IMG/VR virus record: IMGVR_UViG_3300046517_002960 | Location: 32,001-96,000 of that record | Origin: a virus | Length of the DNA stretch: 64,000 nt | Strand: one strand, 5' to 3' | Shown here: one piece after another, positions 1 through 9,612 of the stretch | How the letters are laid out: each line of letters begins with the position of its first letter | Position numbering within the stretch: position 1 is the first letter of the stretch | The notes under the pieces: generated by a model | What the model was told of the DNA's origin: nothing | The model's input: the letters and a program-made list of their open reading frames with translations, nothing else | Database searches by the model: none | Position numbers and translations under genes: made by a program

Positions 1-2
1 AC

Positions 3-845
3 GACCCGGACCAAGTCCTGTCCGGCGCCCAGCGTCTCGCGGTCAGCGAGGCGGTGCGCCGGTTCCGGGAGCACGTCGGCGACGACGAGGATCCAGGCGA
101 GGACTACGACCCGGAGGACGCGCGGTACGACAGCCCGCAGGGCCAGCTGGACCAGGCGGTCGCGGCGGCGATCATGACCGCCAGCACGCTGTACGCCCGT
201 TTCGGGGACGCGACTGCTGCCGGGGCCTGGGCCGTGCTGATCACGACGATGCTCGGCGATGACAGCCAGTACGCAGCGGTCCGCGCGGCCATCAGCGCCG
301 ATGACACCGCGGACGTGCCGCTGGCGCAGACCGCGCGGGACGCGCTGATGCCGCACGCGTGCGGGGAGTGCGGAACCGAAGCGGACGCTCCCGGCCGGGA
401 GCCGGATCACTTCAGCTGGTGCTCCCGGGCAGCGAGCCGCTGGGAGGTGGCATTCGGCCCGGTGGACACAAGCATAAATGCGGCCTCCGCAGAGGCGGCA
501 GCAACCCAGGCCGCGGCCGAGCGCGAGTTCGAGGTCAGCGGCAAGTACTACCAGGCCGACCCGAACCCGGCCGTGCTCGTCCGGCGGGCGGGCGGCGGCT
601 CATGGCAGCAGGTGTACCTGAACCCCGGCGAGGTCGAGACGGCGGTCGCGGCGCTCAAAGCCCGGGTGCACGGCGAGGACCAGGCGGCGGGGAAGTCCCT
701 GGCCTGGCACGAGGGCACTCACGCCTGGAAGCAGCACGACGGCTACCCACGGCACCAGCACTCGGTCAACGGCGTGCTGACCATCGCGCCGGGTGACACG
801 CGGCTGCATTTCTCCCATGGCCCGGAATTCCGCGAGGGCACCTGA
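3..845 (+). CDS. hypothetical protein, 5' partial
   Basis: Frame open from the window start to TGA at 845; overlaps the next ATG. Confidence 0.7.
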   Translation, partial: DPDQVLSGAQRLAVSEAVRRFREHVGDDEDPGEDYDPEDARYDSPQGQLDQAVAAAIMTASTLYARFGDATAAGAWAVLITTMLGDDSQYAAVRAAISADDTADVPLAQTARDALMPHACGECGTEADAPGREPDHFSWCSRAASRWEVAFGPVDTSINAASAEAAATQAAAEREFEVSGKYYQADPNPAVLVRRAGGGSWQQVYLNPGEVETAVAALKARVHGEDQAAGKSLAWHEGTHAWKQHDGYPRHQHSVNGVLTIAPGDTRLHFSHGPEFREGT

Positions 846-1006
846 TGAGCTGGCTGCGCTGGCAGCAGGCGCACCTGCGGTTCGAGGTGCAGTGCTGGTG
901 GCTGATCCTCACCGGCCGGGGGCACAAGAACGCGCCGCAGAGCCTGGAAGACGCATACGTCCGTGAGGTGCAGCTGTGGAACGAGCGCCAGGGCGGCCCG
1001 CGATGA
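845..1006 (+). CDS. small hypothetical protein (53 aa)
   Basis: TGATG coupling; MSWLRWQQAHLRFEVQCWW... Confidence 0.55.
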   Translation: MSWLRWQQAHLRFEVQCWWLILTGRGHKNAPQSLEDAYVREVQLWNERQGGPR

Positions 1007-1046
1007 GCCAGGGAAGACAGTCCAGCTGACGATCAGGAGAAGCCAC

Positions 1047-1550
1047 ATGAGCGACATCGGCGACGCGGCCAGGGAACCCGTCACGCCGGCAACCTGGGCG
1101 ATCCTGCAAGCCGACCCGGAGACGCTGGCATGGGCACAGGAGGTATCCCGGGCGGTGCAGGCCGCGTACCAGCAAGGGGTGCCCCCTGACTACGCGATGG
1201 AGCGGATGCGCGAGCAGGCGGCGCGCAGGCAGGAACCGGCCACGCCGGCTGACCCGGCAGCGGAGATCGAGGCGGCGCTGCGCGAGTACGACGCCGACGT
1301 GGCAGCAGGCGCGTTCATGCTGCCGGACCTGCCGCCCGGGCCGGGCACGTGCACCGGCTGCGGCGGCCCGACCGGGGACGCCAAGATGGCGGTGTGCGTG
1401 TACTGCACAGCATTCGCCCTGGAGGACACGGGCGCCGGCGAGATGCAGGTGATCAGCAAACTTGATCGCCTGCTTGATCGCCTGATCGCGACCATGATGC
1501 TGGTCGGGCTGGTCCTCATGATCAGCGTCATCATGATGGTGCTGCGCTGA
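1047..1550 (+). CDS. hypothetical protein with CxxC..CxxC and C-terminal TM helix
   Basis: RBS gatcaggaga; CTGC...CVYC; hydrophobic C-terminus. Confidence 0.7.
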   Translation: MSDIGDAAREPVTPATWAILQADPETLAWAQEVSRAVQAAYQQGVPPDYAMERMREQAARRQEPATPADPAAEIEAALREYDADVAAGAFMLPDLPPGPGTCTGCGGPTGDAKMAVCVYCTAFALEDTGAGEMQVISKLDRLLDRLIATMMLVGLVLMISVIMMVLR

Positions 1551-1783
1551 TGCGCGAGAGCCAGTACATCGACGCCTACCTGGACGCCACCGCCGAGCCG
1601 GGCACCCGGTGGACGCCGCACACGTACCTGAGCTACACGCTGCGCGGCAAGGCGAAGGGGTACTCCGGGCACTACTACCGGGCGCTGATGCGGGCGATCA
1701 GCCGCCGGACAGCCGCGGGCACCGTGATCGCGGTCCCGTCCAAGGGCCGCAGCACCGCCTACGTGCGGATAGAGCACACGTGA
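1550..1783 (+). CDS. hypothetical protein
   Basis: TGATG coupled at both ends. Confidence 0.65.
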   Translation: MRESQYIDAYLDATAEPGTRWTPHTYLSYTLRGKAKGYSGHYYRALMRAISRRTAAGTVIAVPSKGRSTAYVRIEHT

Positions 1784-1907
1784 TGCATGAGCTGCTGCTG
1801 GCCGGGTGCTCAGCGGCCGGCCTGGCAGCCACCGGGGCAACCGCCTGGCTGCCCGTGCTGTACTGGCGGGCCTGCCGGGAGCAGAAACGAGAACAGGAGA
1901 CAGGACG

Positions 1908-2237
1908 ATGAAGCTGACACTCGAACTCCCCGGCGCGGTACGCGTCGTCGCGACGACAGACTACAAGGGCAGCCCGCTGACCGCGGTGCTGATCGGCGAC
2001 ACCGAGGTGCTGTTCGCGGACGGCCACGAGCCAGGCGGGCTGACGCCGGCGATGTGGGAGGACGTCATCAGCACCCGGCTGGCGCACGTCCTGGCCCGGC
2101 TGCTGCTGGACGAGGCCTTCGGCGGGCTGGACGGCGAGCTGTGGAGCGCCGAGTCGCCGACCGGCCGGGAGACGTGGGGGCGGGAGAGCGCGGCGTACGA
2201 GGTGCGGCTGGTGCCGGACCCGGAAGCCGGGCCGTGA
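1908..2237 (+). CDS. hypothetical protein
   Basis: RBS gaacaggagac; ATG at 1908. Confidence 0.7.
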   Translation: MKLTLELPGAVRVVATTDYKGSPLTAVLIGDTEVLFADGHEPGGLTPAMWEDVISTRLAHVLARLLLDEAFGGLDGELWSAESPTGRETWGRESAAYEVRLVPDPEAGP

Positions 2238-2734
2238 GCACCGGCTACGACGAGGCGGATGCCTACGAGCTGGCGGCGAACCTGCACGTGCTCCGCGCGG
2301 TCATCCTCCACGGCAGGGGAAGCGGGCCGCTTCCCCTGCCGCCGATGGGCAGCGTCCCGGAGCCGGCGGAGCTGAGCGAGGCTGAAGCCCGGGCCGTGAT
2401 GGCCGGCGCCACCCAGATCGTCCTGGCGCGGCTGCGCGGCAGAGGCTACCCCGATCCGGAGGTAGCGGACATCAACAGCGGCCGGTGCGTGGACTGGGCT
2501 GAGCTAGTCTGCGGTGTCGTCGCCGGCATGATCATGACCGAGTGGGACGACCCGCAGTCCGGGCTGCTGCACACGTTCGTGCACTGGCAGGGCCGCTGGT
2601 ACGACGCCGAGCGGCTGGACGGCACGGCGGATGTCACCGGCCTGCCCATCTTCAGCCGGTTCCCGGGCACCCGGAGCGGACCTGAATTCGTCCGCAACAC
2701 CGCGGATGTACTCGCCGAGTACTGGCGGGATTAG
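2234..2734 (+). CDS. hypothetical protein, possible Cys-His-Asp (papain/transglutaminase-like) fold
   Basis: GTGA overlap; INSGRC...HTFV..QGRWYDAE. Confidence 0.55.
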   Translation: MSTGYDEADAYELAANLHVLRAVILHGRGSGPLPLPPMGSVPEPAELSEAEARAVMAGATQIVLARLRGRGYPDPEVADINSGRCVDWAELVCGVVAGMIMTEWDDPQSGLLHTFVHWQGRWYDAERLDGTADVTGLPIFSRFPGTRSGPEFVRNTADVLAEYWRD

Positions 2735-2849
2735 GGTGGCCGGCGCGGTGCTGGCCTTCATCGGCGGGCTGGTGCTCTGGACGTTCCTCGCCAGGGCGGC
2801 GATCCGCCGATGCAACCGGGAACGATGACGATCAGGAGACGAGACGCTG

Positions 2850-3170
2850 ATGACGGAAGCAGAGAAGGACGCGCTGGCGGACCAGCTGGCTATAGGCGTC
2901 CTGCTGGAAGCGTTCGGCCCGCTCGGGATCAGCGTGCGGGCCTGCGACGCGGCGTTCGAGGCGGTGCTGGGCAGCAGCGCGTTCGAGGGTGACCTGGTGC
3001 AGGCGCTGGGGGACTGCGTGTCCGCGCCGCAGGACGGCTGGTGCCGGTGCACCCTGGACCGGACGCGCCGCTTCCACCGGGGTGACTGCCCGGTCGATCC
3101 CGGCGGGCAGTTCCGGTTCACCGGAGCGGAGCTGACCGGGCGGCCCGGACTGGAAAAGGCACGGCCATGA
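2850..3170 (+). CDS. hypothetical protein
   Basis: RBS atcaggagac; coupled to next gene. Confidence 0.65.
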   Translation: MTEAEKDALADQLAIGVLLEAFGPLGISVRACDAAFEAVLGSSAFEGDLVQALGDCVSAPQDGWCRCTLDRTRRFHRGDCPVDPGGQFRFTGAELTGRPGLEKARP

Positions 3171-3388
3171 CCCGTCAGAAGGACACGTGGCGTTCGTCCA
3201 GGGGCGCGCAGGCGTACCGCGAAGCGTACCGGTATATCGCGGACGGCAACCCGGACCTGCCAGCCGGGCAGCAGCGGCGGCTGGCGCTGCGCTACCTGCG
3301 CATCACGGCATCGCCGCCGCTGAGCTGGAGGGGCACGCTGTCGGCCTGGCGGGCCGCGCGGGAACAGGGACAGGAGAAGAACGCATGA
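3167..3388 (+). CDS. hypothetical protein
   Basis: ATGA overlaps at both ends. Confidence 0.6.
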   Translation: MTRQKDTWRSSRGAQAYREAYRYIADGNPDLPAGQQRRLALRYLRITASPPLSWRGTLSAWRAAREQGQEKNA

Positions 3389-3933
3389 GCAACGGCGACA
3401 TCCTGGGCGCGATCGCGGTCCTACTGGCGGAGGCCAGCTACGACAGCGGGCTGTCCCGGAAGGAATGGACGCGGGCACCCGCGGTCCAGGCGCGGCAGGC
3501 GCTGTGCGCGGCGCTGGGCATCGACGCCGGCGAGCAGGACGCGGACCGCCTCCGTGCCCAGCTGTCCGTGATGCTGGACGTCACCGGCCAGGACTGGCCC
3601 CCGGACCTGAGCGACCCGCACGTCCAGCGGGGGCGCGAGCTGGCAGCCGAGGAGAGCGACCCGGAAATGCTGACGTCGGTGGACCGGCTCTACTACGCGT
3701 CCTGGCTGCTCCGGCAGAACCATCCCCGGGTGACGGATGACGACTGGATGGTGTGGGGCAACCTAGCCGACCACCTGGAGTGGGCGGCGCACATCCCGGA
3801 GCGAACGGGCGGGAGCCAGGACTGGCGAGCGTTCAACCGAGCGCAGGACCTGGCCACCGGGGTCATCCGGCTCCAGGACCATCACGCGCCGACCCGGGCG
3901 AAGCTGCTGCGCTGGGTGGGTGAACTGTCGTGA
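3385..3933 (+). CDS. hypothetical protein
   Basis: RBS acaggagaa; ATG at 3385. Confidence 0.7.
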   Translation: MSNGDILGAIAVLLAEASYDSGLSRKEWTRAPAVQARQALCAALGIDAGEQDADRLRAQLSVMLDVTGQDWPPDLSDPHVQRGRELAAEESDPEMLTSVDRLYYASWLLRQNHPRVTDDDWMVWGNLADHLEWAAHIPERTGGSQDWRAFNRAQDLATGVIRLQDHHAPTRAKLLRWVGELS

Positions 3934-4355
3934 GCAGGCCCCGGCCGGTCGCCTGGACGGCAGGCAAAGCACGGCACGGCCGGCACACCGCATTGGTGTG
4001 GAACGGCGCGATGGGCCTGCCGCCCGGCTGGGCTGTCTGGCTGCCCGGCAGCGAGTTCCCGGTCAGCGAGGGCGACGCCCGGACCATGGACGCCGCCCGG
4101 GAGCAGGCCGGGGACGAGCTGCGCCGGCTGGCCCGGCAGCGCACCAGGATCAGGATCACCCGCTGCCACGACCCGGACCTGCGCGGCAGGACCTACGGCG
4201 GGCACACCGCGAGCACCATCGGGCGGCGGCTGTTCGGCCGCACGGCATACGCGATCCCGTCCGCGGACCCTAATAACCGGGGCCAGGGCATGATTGCCCG
4301 GGACGACAGGCACGGCACGCACGTGCTGGCCGACTACGTGGAGTACAGCGAATGA
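3930..4355 (+). CDS. hypothetical protein
   Basis: GTGA/ATGA coupling. Confidence 0.6.
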   Translation: MSRPRPVAWTAGKARHGRHTALVWNGAMGLPPGWAVWLPGSEFPVSEGDARTMDAAREQAGDELRRLARQRTRIRITRCHDPDLRGRTYGGHTASTIGRRLFGRTAYAIPSADPNNRGQGMIARDDRHGTHVLADYVEYSE

Positions 4356-4651
4356 GATGGACGATGAGCCGGGACGGCAAGCGGCGGACCACGATGCGCG
4401 CGTCCTTCCGGCTGGACCGCCAGAACCTGACTGACATCCTGTGCTACCTGGCGCTGAGCCAGGGCTGGGACGTGGACGGCAAGCCCCCCAGCACGGCCTG
4501 GCTGGAAGGCCAGATCCGGGCTGAGCTGGAGTCGCACGGCATGGGCCAGTGGCCGTACTGGCGCGAGGAGCTGCCCGATGACGAGCAGGCCGCCGCGGTG
4601 ATGGCCTGGGCGGCCCAGCAGGTAGCCCGGCTGGCCCCGGCCGGAAGCTGA
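4352..4651 (+). CDS. hypothetical protein
   Basis: Coupled ORF with GC3-biased codons. Confidence 0.65.
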   Translation: MRWTMSRDGKRRTTMRASFRLDRQNLTDILCYLALSQGWDVDGKPPSTAWLEGQIRAELESHGMGQWPYWREELPDDEQAAAVMAWAAQQVARLAPAGS

Positions 4652-4667
4652 GAACAGGAGACGGGAC

Positions 4668-5123
4668 ATGAGCGAGCAGGAGATTCACTGGCACCTGGAC
4701 ACCGCCGTCTGGCAGCGGGCGGCGTTCCGCGGATACGATGCGGAAATCTGGTGGACCGGGCCGGGCACGCAGCTGAGCTGGCAGATCCACCTGCTGGGCG
4801 AGAACGAGCTGGACCCGGTGGCCCGGGGCACGGGCGCGGACGAGACGGACGCCAAGGCGCAGGCCGGGTACGTGCTGCGGAAGCTGACCGCCGCGGAGCT
4901 GACCCCGGCGCAGCTAGCCGCGCTGAAGCAACTGGCCGACCCGGCGCGCACTCTCGAGAGCACGCTGTTCGCGTTCAACGGGGTGCGGGTCACCACGGCG
5001 CAGGCGCTAGCGCGGCTGGGCCTGGTGCGCTTCCGCGAGGGCAGCACGATGCGCGACTGGGGCATCCTGCTGCACACCAGGGAACAGGACGAGCACACGG
5101 ACGCAGATCAGGAGACGAGATGA
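4668..5123 (+). CDS. hypothetical protein
   Basis: RBS gaacaggagac. Confidence 0.7.
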   Translation: MSEQEIHWHLDTAVWQRAAFRGYDAEIWWTGPGTQLSWQIHLLGENELDPVARGTGADETDAKAQAGYVLRKLTAAELTPAQLAALKQLADPARTLESTLFAFNGVRVTTAQALARLGLVRFREGSTMRDWGILLHTREQDEHTDADQETR

Positions 5124-5317
5124 ACGAAAGATTCAGGGGCAAGAGCCCGGTACCGCTGGTGCTGCTCATCGCCGGCTTCCTCCTCGCCGGGCCGGGGCTG
5201 GTATTCAGTAACGCGGCCCTGCTGCTGGCCGGCTACGCGTGCTGGGGCCTGGCCTTGGCATCCGTAGCGTTCCTGCTGAACCGGGACCGGCAGCAGAACC
5301 AGGGAAGGGGAGACTGA
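5120..5317 (+). CDS. small membrane protein
   Basis: RBS gatcaggagac; two hydrophobic stretches. Confidence 0.65.
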   Translation: MNERFRGKSPVPLVLLIAGFLLAGPGLVFSNAALLLAGYACWGLALASVAFLLNRDRQQNQGRGD

Positions 5318-5318
5318 C

Positions 5319-5945
5319 ATGGCACGGACAGGAACAGGCCGGATGGATGCCGGCTTCGCGGTGTTCAACCTGCACGTCAACGACGCGCAGGACAAGGCCC
5401 GGGAAATCTTCATCGCCCAGTACGGGCAGGACAAGTGGGACGCCGTGCTCGCCCCGCTCGAGCGTGACGGGATCATGGCGATCTTCGAGCAGGAGCTGAC
5501 CTTCGAGATCGCGTTCTACATCACCACGATCATGCTGATCGTCAACGAGGACGTCACGGTGCCGGACGCCTGTCCCGCGGATCCCCTGACCGCGCTCGGG
5601 CTGTCCCCGGAGCAGGCTGCCGCCGCGCGGGCTGCCGCCGATGAGCAGGCGGCACACGAGGATCAGACCCGGCCGGACTGGGCGGTCACCCCGGACGCAC
5701 CGCACATCCGGGAGCGGCTGCGCGGCGAACGGCTGCTCGCGCTGGCTGCCGACCAGGTGCAGCAGGCGTGGGGCCTGAAGTTCGTGACGGCCCGGCTGCT
5801 CGGCCCGGTGCTATGGCACGCGCTGATCGCCCGGGAGATCCTGGGACTGATCGCCGCCCAGGACCCCGATGTCTCAGCTGAGACGGTCCGGGCGATGGTG
5901 AACGGCGCCTGGAACCAGCTGACGGAAGCGGAGAGCGCGTCATGA
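5319..5945 (+). CDS. hypothetical protein
   Basis: 208-aa ORF with RBS. Confidence 0.7.
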   Translation: MARTGTGRMDAGFAVFNLHVNDAQDKAREIFIAQYGQDKWDAVLAPLERDGIMAIFEQELTFEIAFYITTIMLIVNEDVTVPDACPADPLTALGLSPEQAAAARAAADEQAAHEDQTRPDWAVTPDAPHIRERLRGERLLALAADQVQQAWGLKFVTARLLGPVLWHALIAREILGLIAAQDPDVSAETVRAMVNGAWNQLTEAESAS

Positions 5946-6090
5946 TCATCGCCTGCGAACTCGCCGTCATCGCCATCGCGCTGATCACGCTGACCGGCCT
6001 GGCCGGCCATCACCTGCACTGGGTCCGCGAGCAAGCCCGTGAGCAGGCTGCGGCACGCCGTGACGAGATCCTGCGCAAGGTAGGTGCCCG

Positions 6091-6357
6091 GTGAGCAGCC
6101 GGGGCCTGGAGGCGGCCGAGCAAGCCCGCCAGGAGGCCGAGCACGCCCAGCAGCAGGAATGCGCGCGGAAGCACCGCGCCAGCTGGTGGGTGTACCAGCG
6201 CAAGTGCAACTTCAGCGCGTTCAGCGGCTACCACTACACGCCCAGCGAGTACTCCGGCTGCAAGTGCGGCATATGCGGCAGGCGGTGGCGGACGAAGGCA
6301 GCGTACGTCAGTACCCTGCCGGACAGCCCGCCCCAGCAGGGAGGTTCGCCCGGCTAG
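6091..6357 (+). CDS. Cys-containing actinophage-type hypothetical protein
   Basis: CNFSAFSGYHYTPSEYSGCKCGICGRRWRTKA. Confidence 0.65.
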   Translation: MSSRGLEAAEQARQEAEHAQQQECARKHRASWWVYQRKCNFSAFSGYHYTPSEYSGCKCGICGRRWRTKAAYVSTLPDSPPQQGGSPG

Positions 6358-6360
6358 CAC

Positions 6361-6375
6361 CTGTCATGTATACTG
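6361..6375 (+). promoter_or_regulatory. recurrent promoter motif CTGTCATGTATACTG (TATACT -10)
   Basis: Intergenic; identical 15-mer at 52451-52465. Confidence 0.65.
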
Positions 6376-6479
6376 TAAGAGACAGGTACTAACCTGGATG
6401 CCGCCGGGCTGGCACCCGGCAGGGTTAGCGGGTCCGCGGAAGCGGGACCATAGGATCAGGATCAGATCAGGAGACAGCC

Positions 6480-6830
6480 ATGACCACGACCATGACCACG
6501 GACGACCGGCACCGGATCGCGCTGCTGGAGCAGCGGCAGCAGCTCCGCCACATCCTGGACGAGCACTACGGCCGGGTGCAGGCTGAGCTGGGCCGTCTCA
6601 ACGGGGACAAGGTCCGGCTGGAGGCGCTGTTCGCGGACCGGATGGAACTGCCTGTCATCGGGTCGTTCCGGAACCTGCTCACCGCCATGGCGGCCCGGTG
6701 GTGCACGGCAGCAGAGGAGGCCCGCAAGCCCGGCAAGGACCAGGACTTCGGCGTCGCGGCCGGGCTCGAGCTGGCAGCCCAGGAGATCGAGGCGCTGCTG
6801 GCGGCCACCAAAACCGGGGAACCGCGATGA
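6480..6830 (+). CDS. coiled-coil hypothetical protein
   Basis: RBS gatcaggagac. Confidence 0.7.
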   Translation: MTTTMTTDDRHRIALLEQRQQLRHILDEHYGRVQAELGRLNGDKVRLEALFADRMELPVIGSFRNLLTAMAARWCTAAEEARKPGKDQDFGVAAGLELAAQEIEALLAATKTGEPR

Positions 6831-7219
6831 GCGGCGAGAACGCACGAGCTGCCCGGCTGGAGCGCAAGGCCGCCGCGGTAGAGGCAGCCGCGGAGGGCAT
6901 CCTCGTGACGACCGGCCGGCTCGCGACCGGCCCGGTGCGCCGGTACCTGGCCCTGCTGTACGACGCGGCCGAGGCGGACGGCTTCGAGCACGGCTGCGCG
7001 CAGGCAGTCAGTGGGCTGCCGCCGCCGGAGGACTATCACATCGTCCCGCTGCCGGCATCAGTGCACGACCGGCACGGCCACCCCATCGGCGAGCCGGTCA
7101 CGTCTGATGCCATGCGCTGGGACGCGGCCTACCCGCTGACCGCGCTGTGCAGCACGTGCCAGCAGCCGGTCCGCTGCGAGACAGCGGAGTCGCCATGGAC
7201 GCACAGCAGTGACGGGTAA
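6827..7219 (+). CDS. hypothetical protein with C-terminal CxxC
   Basis: ATGA overlap; CSTC..C. Confidence 0.65.
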   Translation: MSGENARAARLERKAAAVEAAAEGILVTTGRLATGPVRRYLALLYDAAEADGFEHGCAQAVSGLPPPEDYHIVPLPASVHDRHGHPIGEPVTSDAMRWDAAYPLTALCSTCQQPVRCETAESPWTHSSDG

Positions 7220-7595
7220 GACCAGGGTCGTGGGAGGCCGCCCGTCACGGCAGTCGCTGGAGCGCGCAGCCGGGACGCCGGAGCCGGCCGACCCGGGCGC
7301 CTTCTACCGGGTAGAGCCCGGCGAGACGCACCCGGAGTACTTCCCGGACAGCCTTCCCGGGCAGGCGGACGCGATCTCGCGAGCAGAATGGCTGTCGGTG
7401 GCGCACTCGGTGCAGCGGGTCCTGGTTACCCGGGACGTGCCGCGGCTCGCGCTGCCGGCCTGCCGGGACAAGGTGATCCGGCGGTGCCGGGGCGGTACCT
7501 CGCTGTGGGCGGCGTCTGGCGGGCAGCCGGACCGCGGCGAGCCGGCCGCGGAAACGGCGGAGGCCGCGGTGGTCCTGGACCTGCGCGGGATATGA
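7209..7595 (+). CDS. hypothetical protein
   Basis: Overlapping ORF filling the gap. Confidence 0.5.
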   Translation: MTGKTRVVGGRPSRQSLERAAGTPEPADPGAFYRVEPGETHPEYFPDSLPGQADAISRAEWLSVAHSVQRVLVTRDVPRLALPACRDKVIRRCRGGTSLWAASGGQPDRGEPAAETAEAAVVLDLRGI

Positions 7596-7616
7596 GGACA
7601 CGATCAGGAGACCGAG

Positions 7617-8672
7617 ATGCTGATTAACGCGGCGGGCCTGGACACCAGGCCACCGGAGGAAGTCGTGAAGGGGATGATCCCTCGTGTGGGCGCGGGCTTC
7701 GCCTGGGGGCCGTCGTACTGGGGCAAGTCCCTGGTATTCGGCGGCGAGCTAGCCCTGGCGGTCGCCAACGGGCACCCGTTCCTCGGCCGCGAGGTAATCC
7801 GCGGGTCCGTCGCGCTGTGCCTGGGCGAGGGCCTGTACGACGCCGGGGTGCGCAAGCAGGCCCGGATCATCCGGCAGCAGCGCGACAACGCGGCGCACGC
7901 GGCGGCCCTGTCCGAGATCGAGGACGACCCTGCCGCCGGGGCGGAGTGGCTGGAAGGCCAGCAGCCGTACACCGACGACCGGCTGTTCATCGAGACCGAG
8001 GCCTTCGTGCTGCCCGTCGATGCCCGGGGCGGGATCAGCCCGGGCATGCGGCAGGCGCTGGACGGGCTGGCCCGGCTCCCGGACCTGGAGCTGGTCGTCC
8101 TGGACTCGCTGGCCAACTTCACCGGGGGCGCCTCGCTGTCCCACGACGCGTCCGCGAACCGGATCATGCTCGGCATGCACGCGATGGTGGCGGAGCTGCA
8201 ATGCTGCGTGCTGGCCATCAGCCACCCGACCGCGAAGGGCGATAAGATGCTCGGCGCGCTGCGGCTGTTCAACTCGGCGGACTTCGTGTACCAGATCGAG
8301 CCGGTGCAGGGCAGCCCGGGCAGCGGCAGCCCGATGGTCGCGGCGCTGGCCTGCCAGAAGAACAAGTACGGGCCGCCGTTCGCCCCGGTGCAGTACGTCA
8401 TCGAGCCGATCGAGTGGGCCGAGCCGGCCACCGATGACGCAGGGAACGTGCTGGACGGCGAGCCGGACGTCACGACCCGGTCAGCCACGGTGCGGCTGCA
8501 CCAGCCGAAGTCCGCGAAAGTGCTGCGGCTGCCGTCCCCGGAACTGTCCGGCCAGCCGGAGAATCAGCCAGGGCTGCGGCTGGCCGCGCCCGTCATGGCC
8601 CCGGCCAAGCGGACCGGGATACGCCCCACGGCCGGCCGGGGCGGGGCGGTCTTCGCACTGAGAGGGATGTAG
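7617..8672 (+). CDS. RecA-fold AAA ATPase (RepA/AAA_25-like helicase)
   Basis: Walker A GPSYWGKS, Walker B LVVLDS, ISHP...GA motif, QKNKYGP. Confidence 0.75.
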   Translation: MLINAAGLDTRPPEEVVKGMIPRVGAGFAWGPSYWGKSLVFGGELALAVANGHPFLGREVIRGSVALCLGEGLYDAGVRKQARIIRQQRDNAAHAAALSEIEDDPAAGAEWLEGQQPYTDDRLFIETEAFVLPVDARGGISPGMRQALDGLARLPDLELVVLDSLANFTGGASLSHDASANRIMLGMHAMVAELQCCVLAISHPTAKGDKMLGALRLFNSADFVYQIEPVQGSPGSGSPMVAALACQKNKYGPPFAPVQYVIEPIEWAEPATDDAGNVLDGEPDVTTRSATVRLHQPKSAKVLRLPSPELSGQPENQPGLRLAAPVMAPAKRTGIRPTAGRGGAVFALRGM

Positions 8673-8686
8673 GAGGTGAGCAGGAC

Positions 8687-9187
8687 ATGAGTACACAGCA
8701 CATCGACATCGCCCGGTGGATCTCGGACAACTGGGTCTGGGTCCTGATCCTGATCTGGGTCTTCGGCGGCGGCATCGCCGAATGGGTGCACGTGCAGGCC
8801 AGGCGGCACCGCAAGGCAGTCGAGCGCCGCCGCCAGTACCGGCTCCGGATGGCCTACGCCCGGCACGGGATGCCGTATATCCAGGCAGGCGGGCAGATCA
8901 CCGGCATAGCGTCGACCGGGCACGGCACCGTCAATGTCCAGGGTGCCACGCAGCCCGGCGACGACCTGGCGCTGCCCGCGGCGGTAATCCCCGCGCCGCC
9001 CGGCGCCCGGCCCCTGCACGGGGTACCCGGCGCGTGCCGGCACGAGCGGATCGTCCCGGTGATCACGGACGGCGGCGAGGTCCGCAAGTGGATCTGCGCG
9101 AACTGGACCCGGGGCTGCGCAGCGGAGTTCCCGCCGGAAATCGCTGTCTACGAGGGGGACCTGGGCGAGCCGGCGGAGGGGTCGTGA
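8687..9187 (+). CDS. membrane-anchored protein with C-terminal Cys motif
   Basis: N-terminal TM (WVWVLILIWVF); CRH...WIC..C. Confidence 0.65.
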   Translation: MSTQHIDIARWISDNWVWVLILIWVFGGGIAEWVHVQARRHRKAVERRRQYRLRMAYARHGMPYIQAGGQITGIASTGHGTVNVQGATQPGDDLALPAAVIPAPPGARPLHGVPGACRHERIVPVITDGGEVRKWICANWTRGCAAEFPPEIAVYEGDLGEPAEGS

Positions 9188-9612
9188 CGGAGGCCTGGGT
9201 GCCCGGCACCGGCCCGGTGGACATCGTCCGGCTGGAGGGCGTGCCGCCGGACCTGGCCACCGGGGTGTACCGGGTGGAATTCTGCGGGCCGGGCGAAGCC
9301 CTGCTCCCCGGCGAGGGCAGCCTGAGCCTCCCGGTATTCCGGTTCCTGGGCGCGGAGGACGACGAGCCCCCGCACTGGAACCGGCCCGGCGTCCGGTACC
9401 TGACCCCGACCGAGATCCGGCAGATCCGAGCGCTGCGCTCGCAGCGAGATGAGCGCGGCAAGCGCCTCTACACGCTGGACGTGCTGGCCGCCCGGTTCGG
9501 CACGACCGCGACCACCATCTCCCGGCTGACCCGGCCGAAGGACCACGTGCCGGTGCCGCGCAGGCGGCGTAAGCCAGCCATCAACGACAACGATCAGGAG
9601 ACAGGGCCATGA
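9184..9612 (+). CDS. C-terminal HTH DNA-binding protein
   Basis: LTPTEIRQIRAL...TLDVLAARFGTTATTISRL. Confidence 0.65.
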   Translation: MTEAWVPGTGPVDIVRLEGVPPDLATGVYRVEFCGPGEALLPGEGSLSLPVFRFLGAEDDEPPHWNRPGVRYLTPTEIRQIRALRSQRDERGKRLYTLDVLAARFGTTATTISRLTRPKDHVPVPRRRRKPAINDNDQETGP

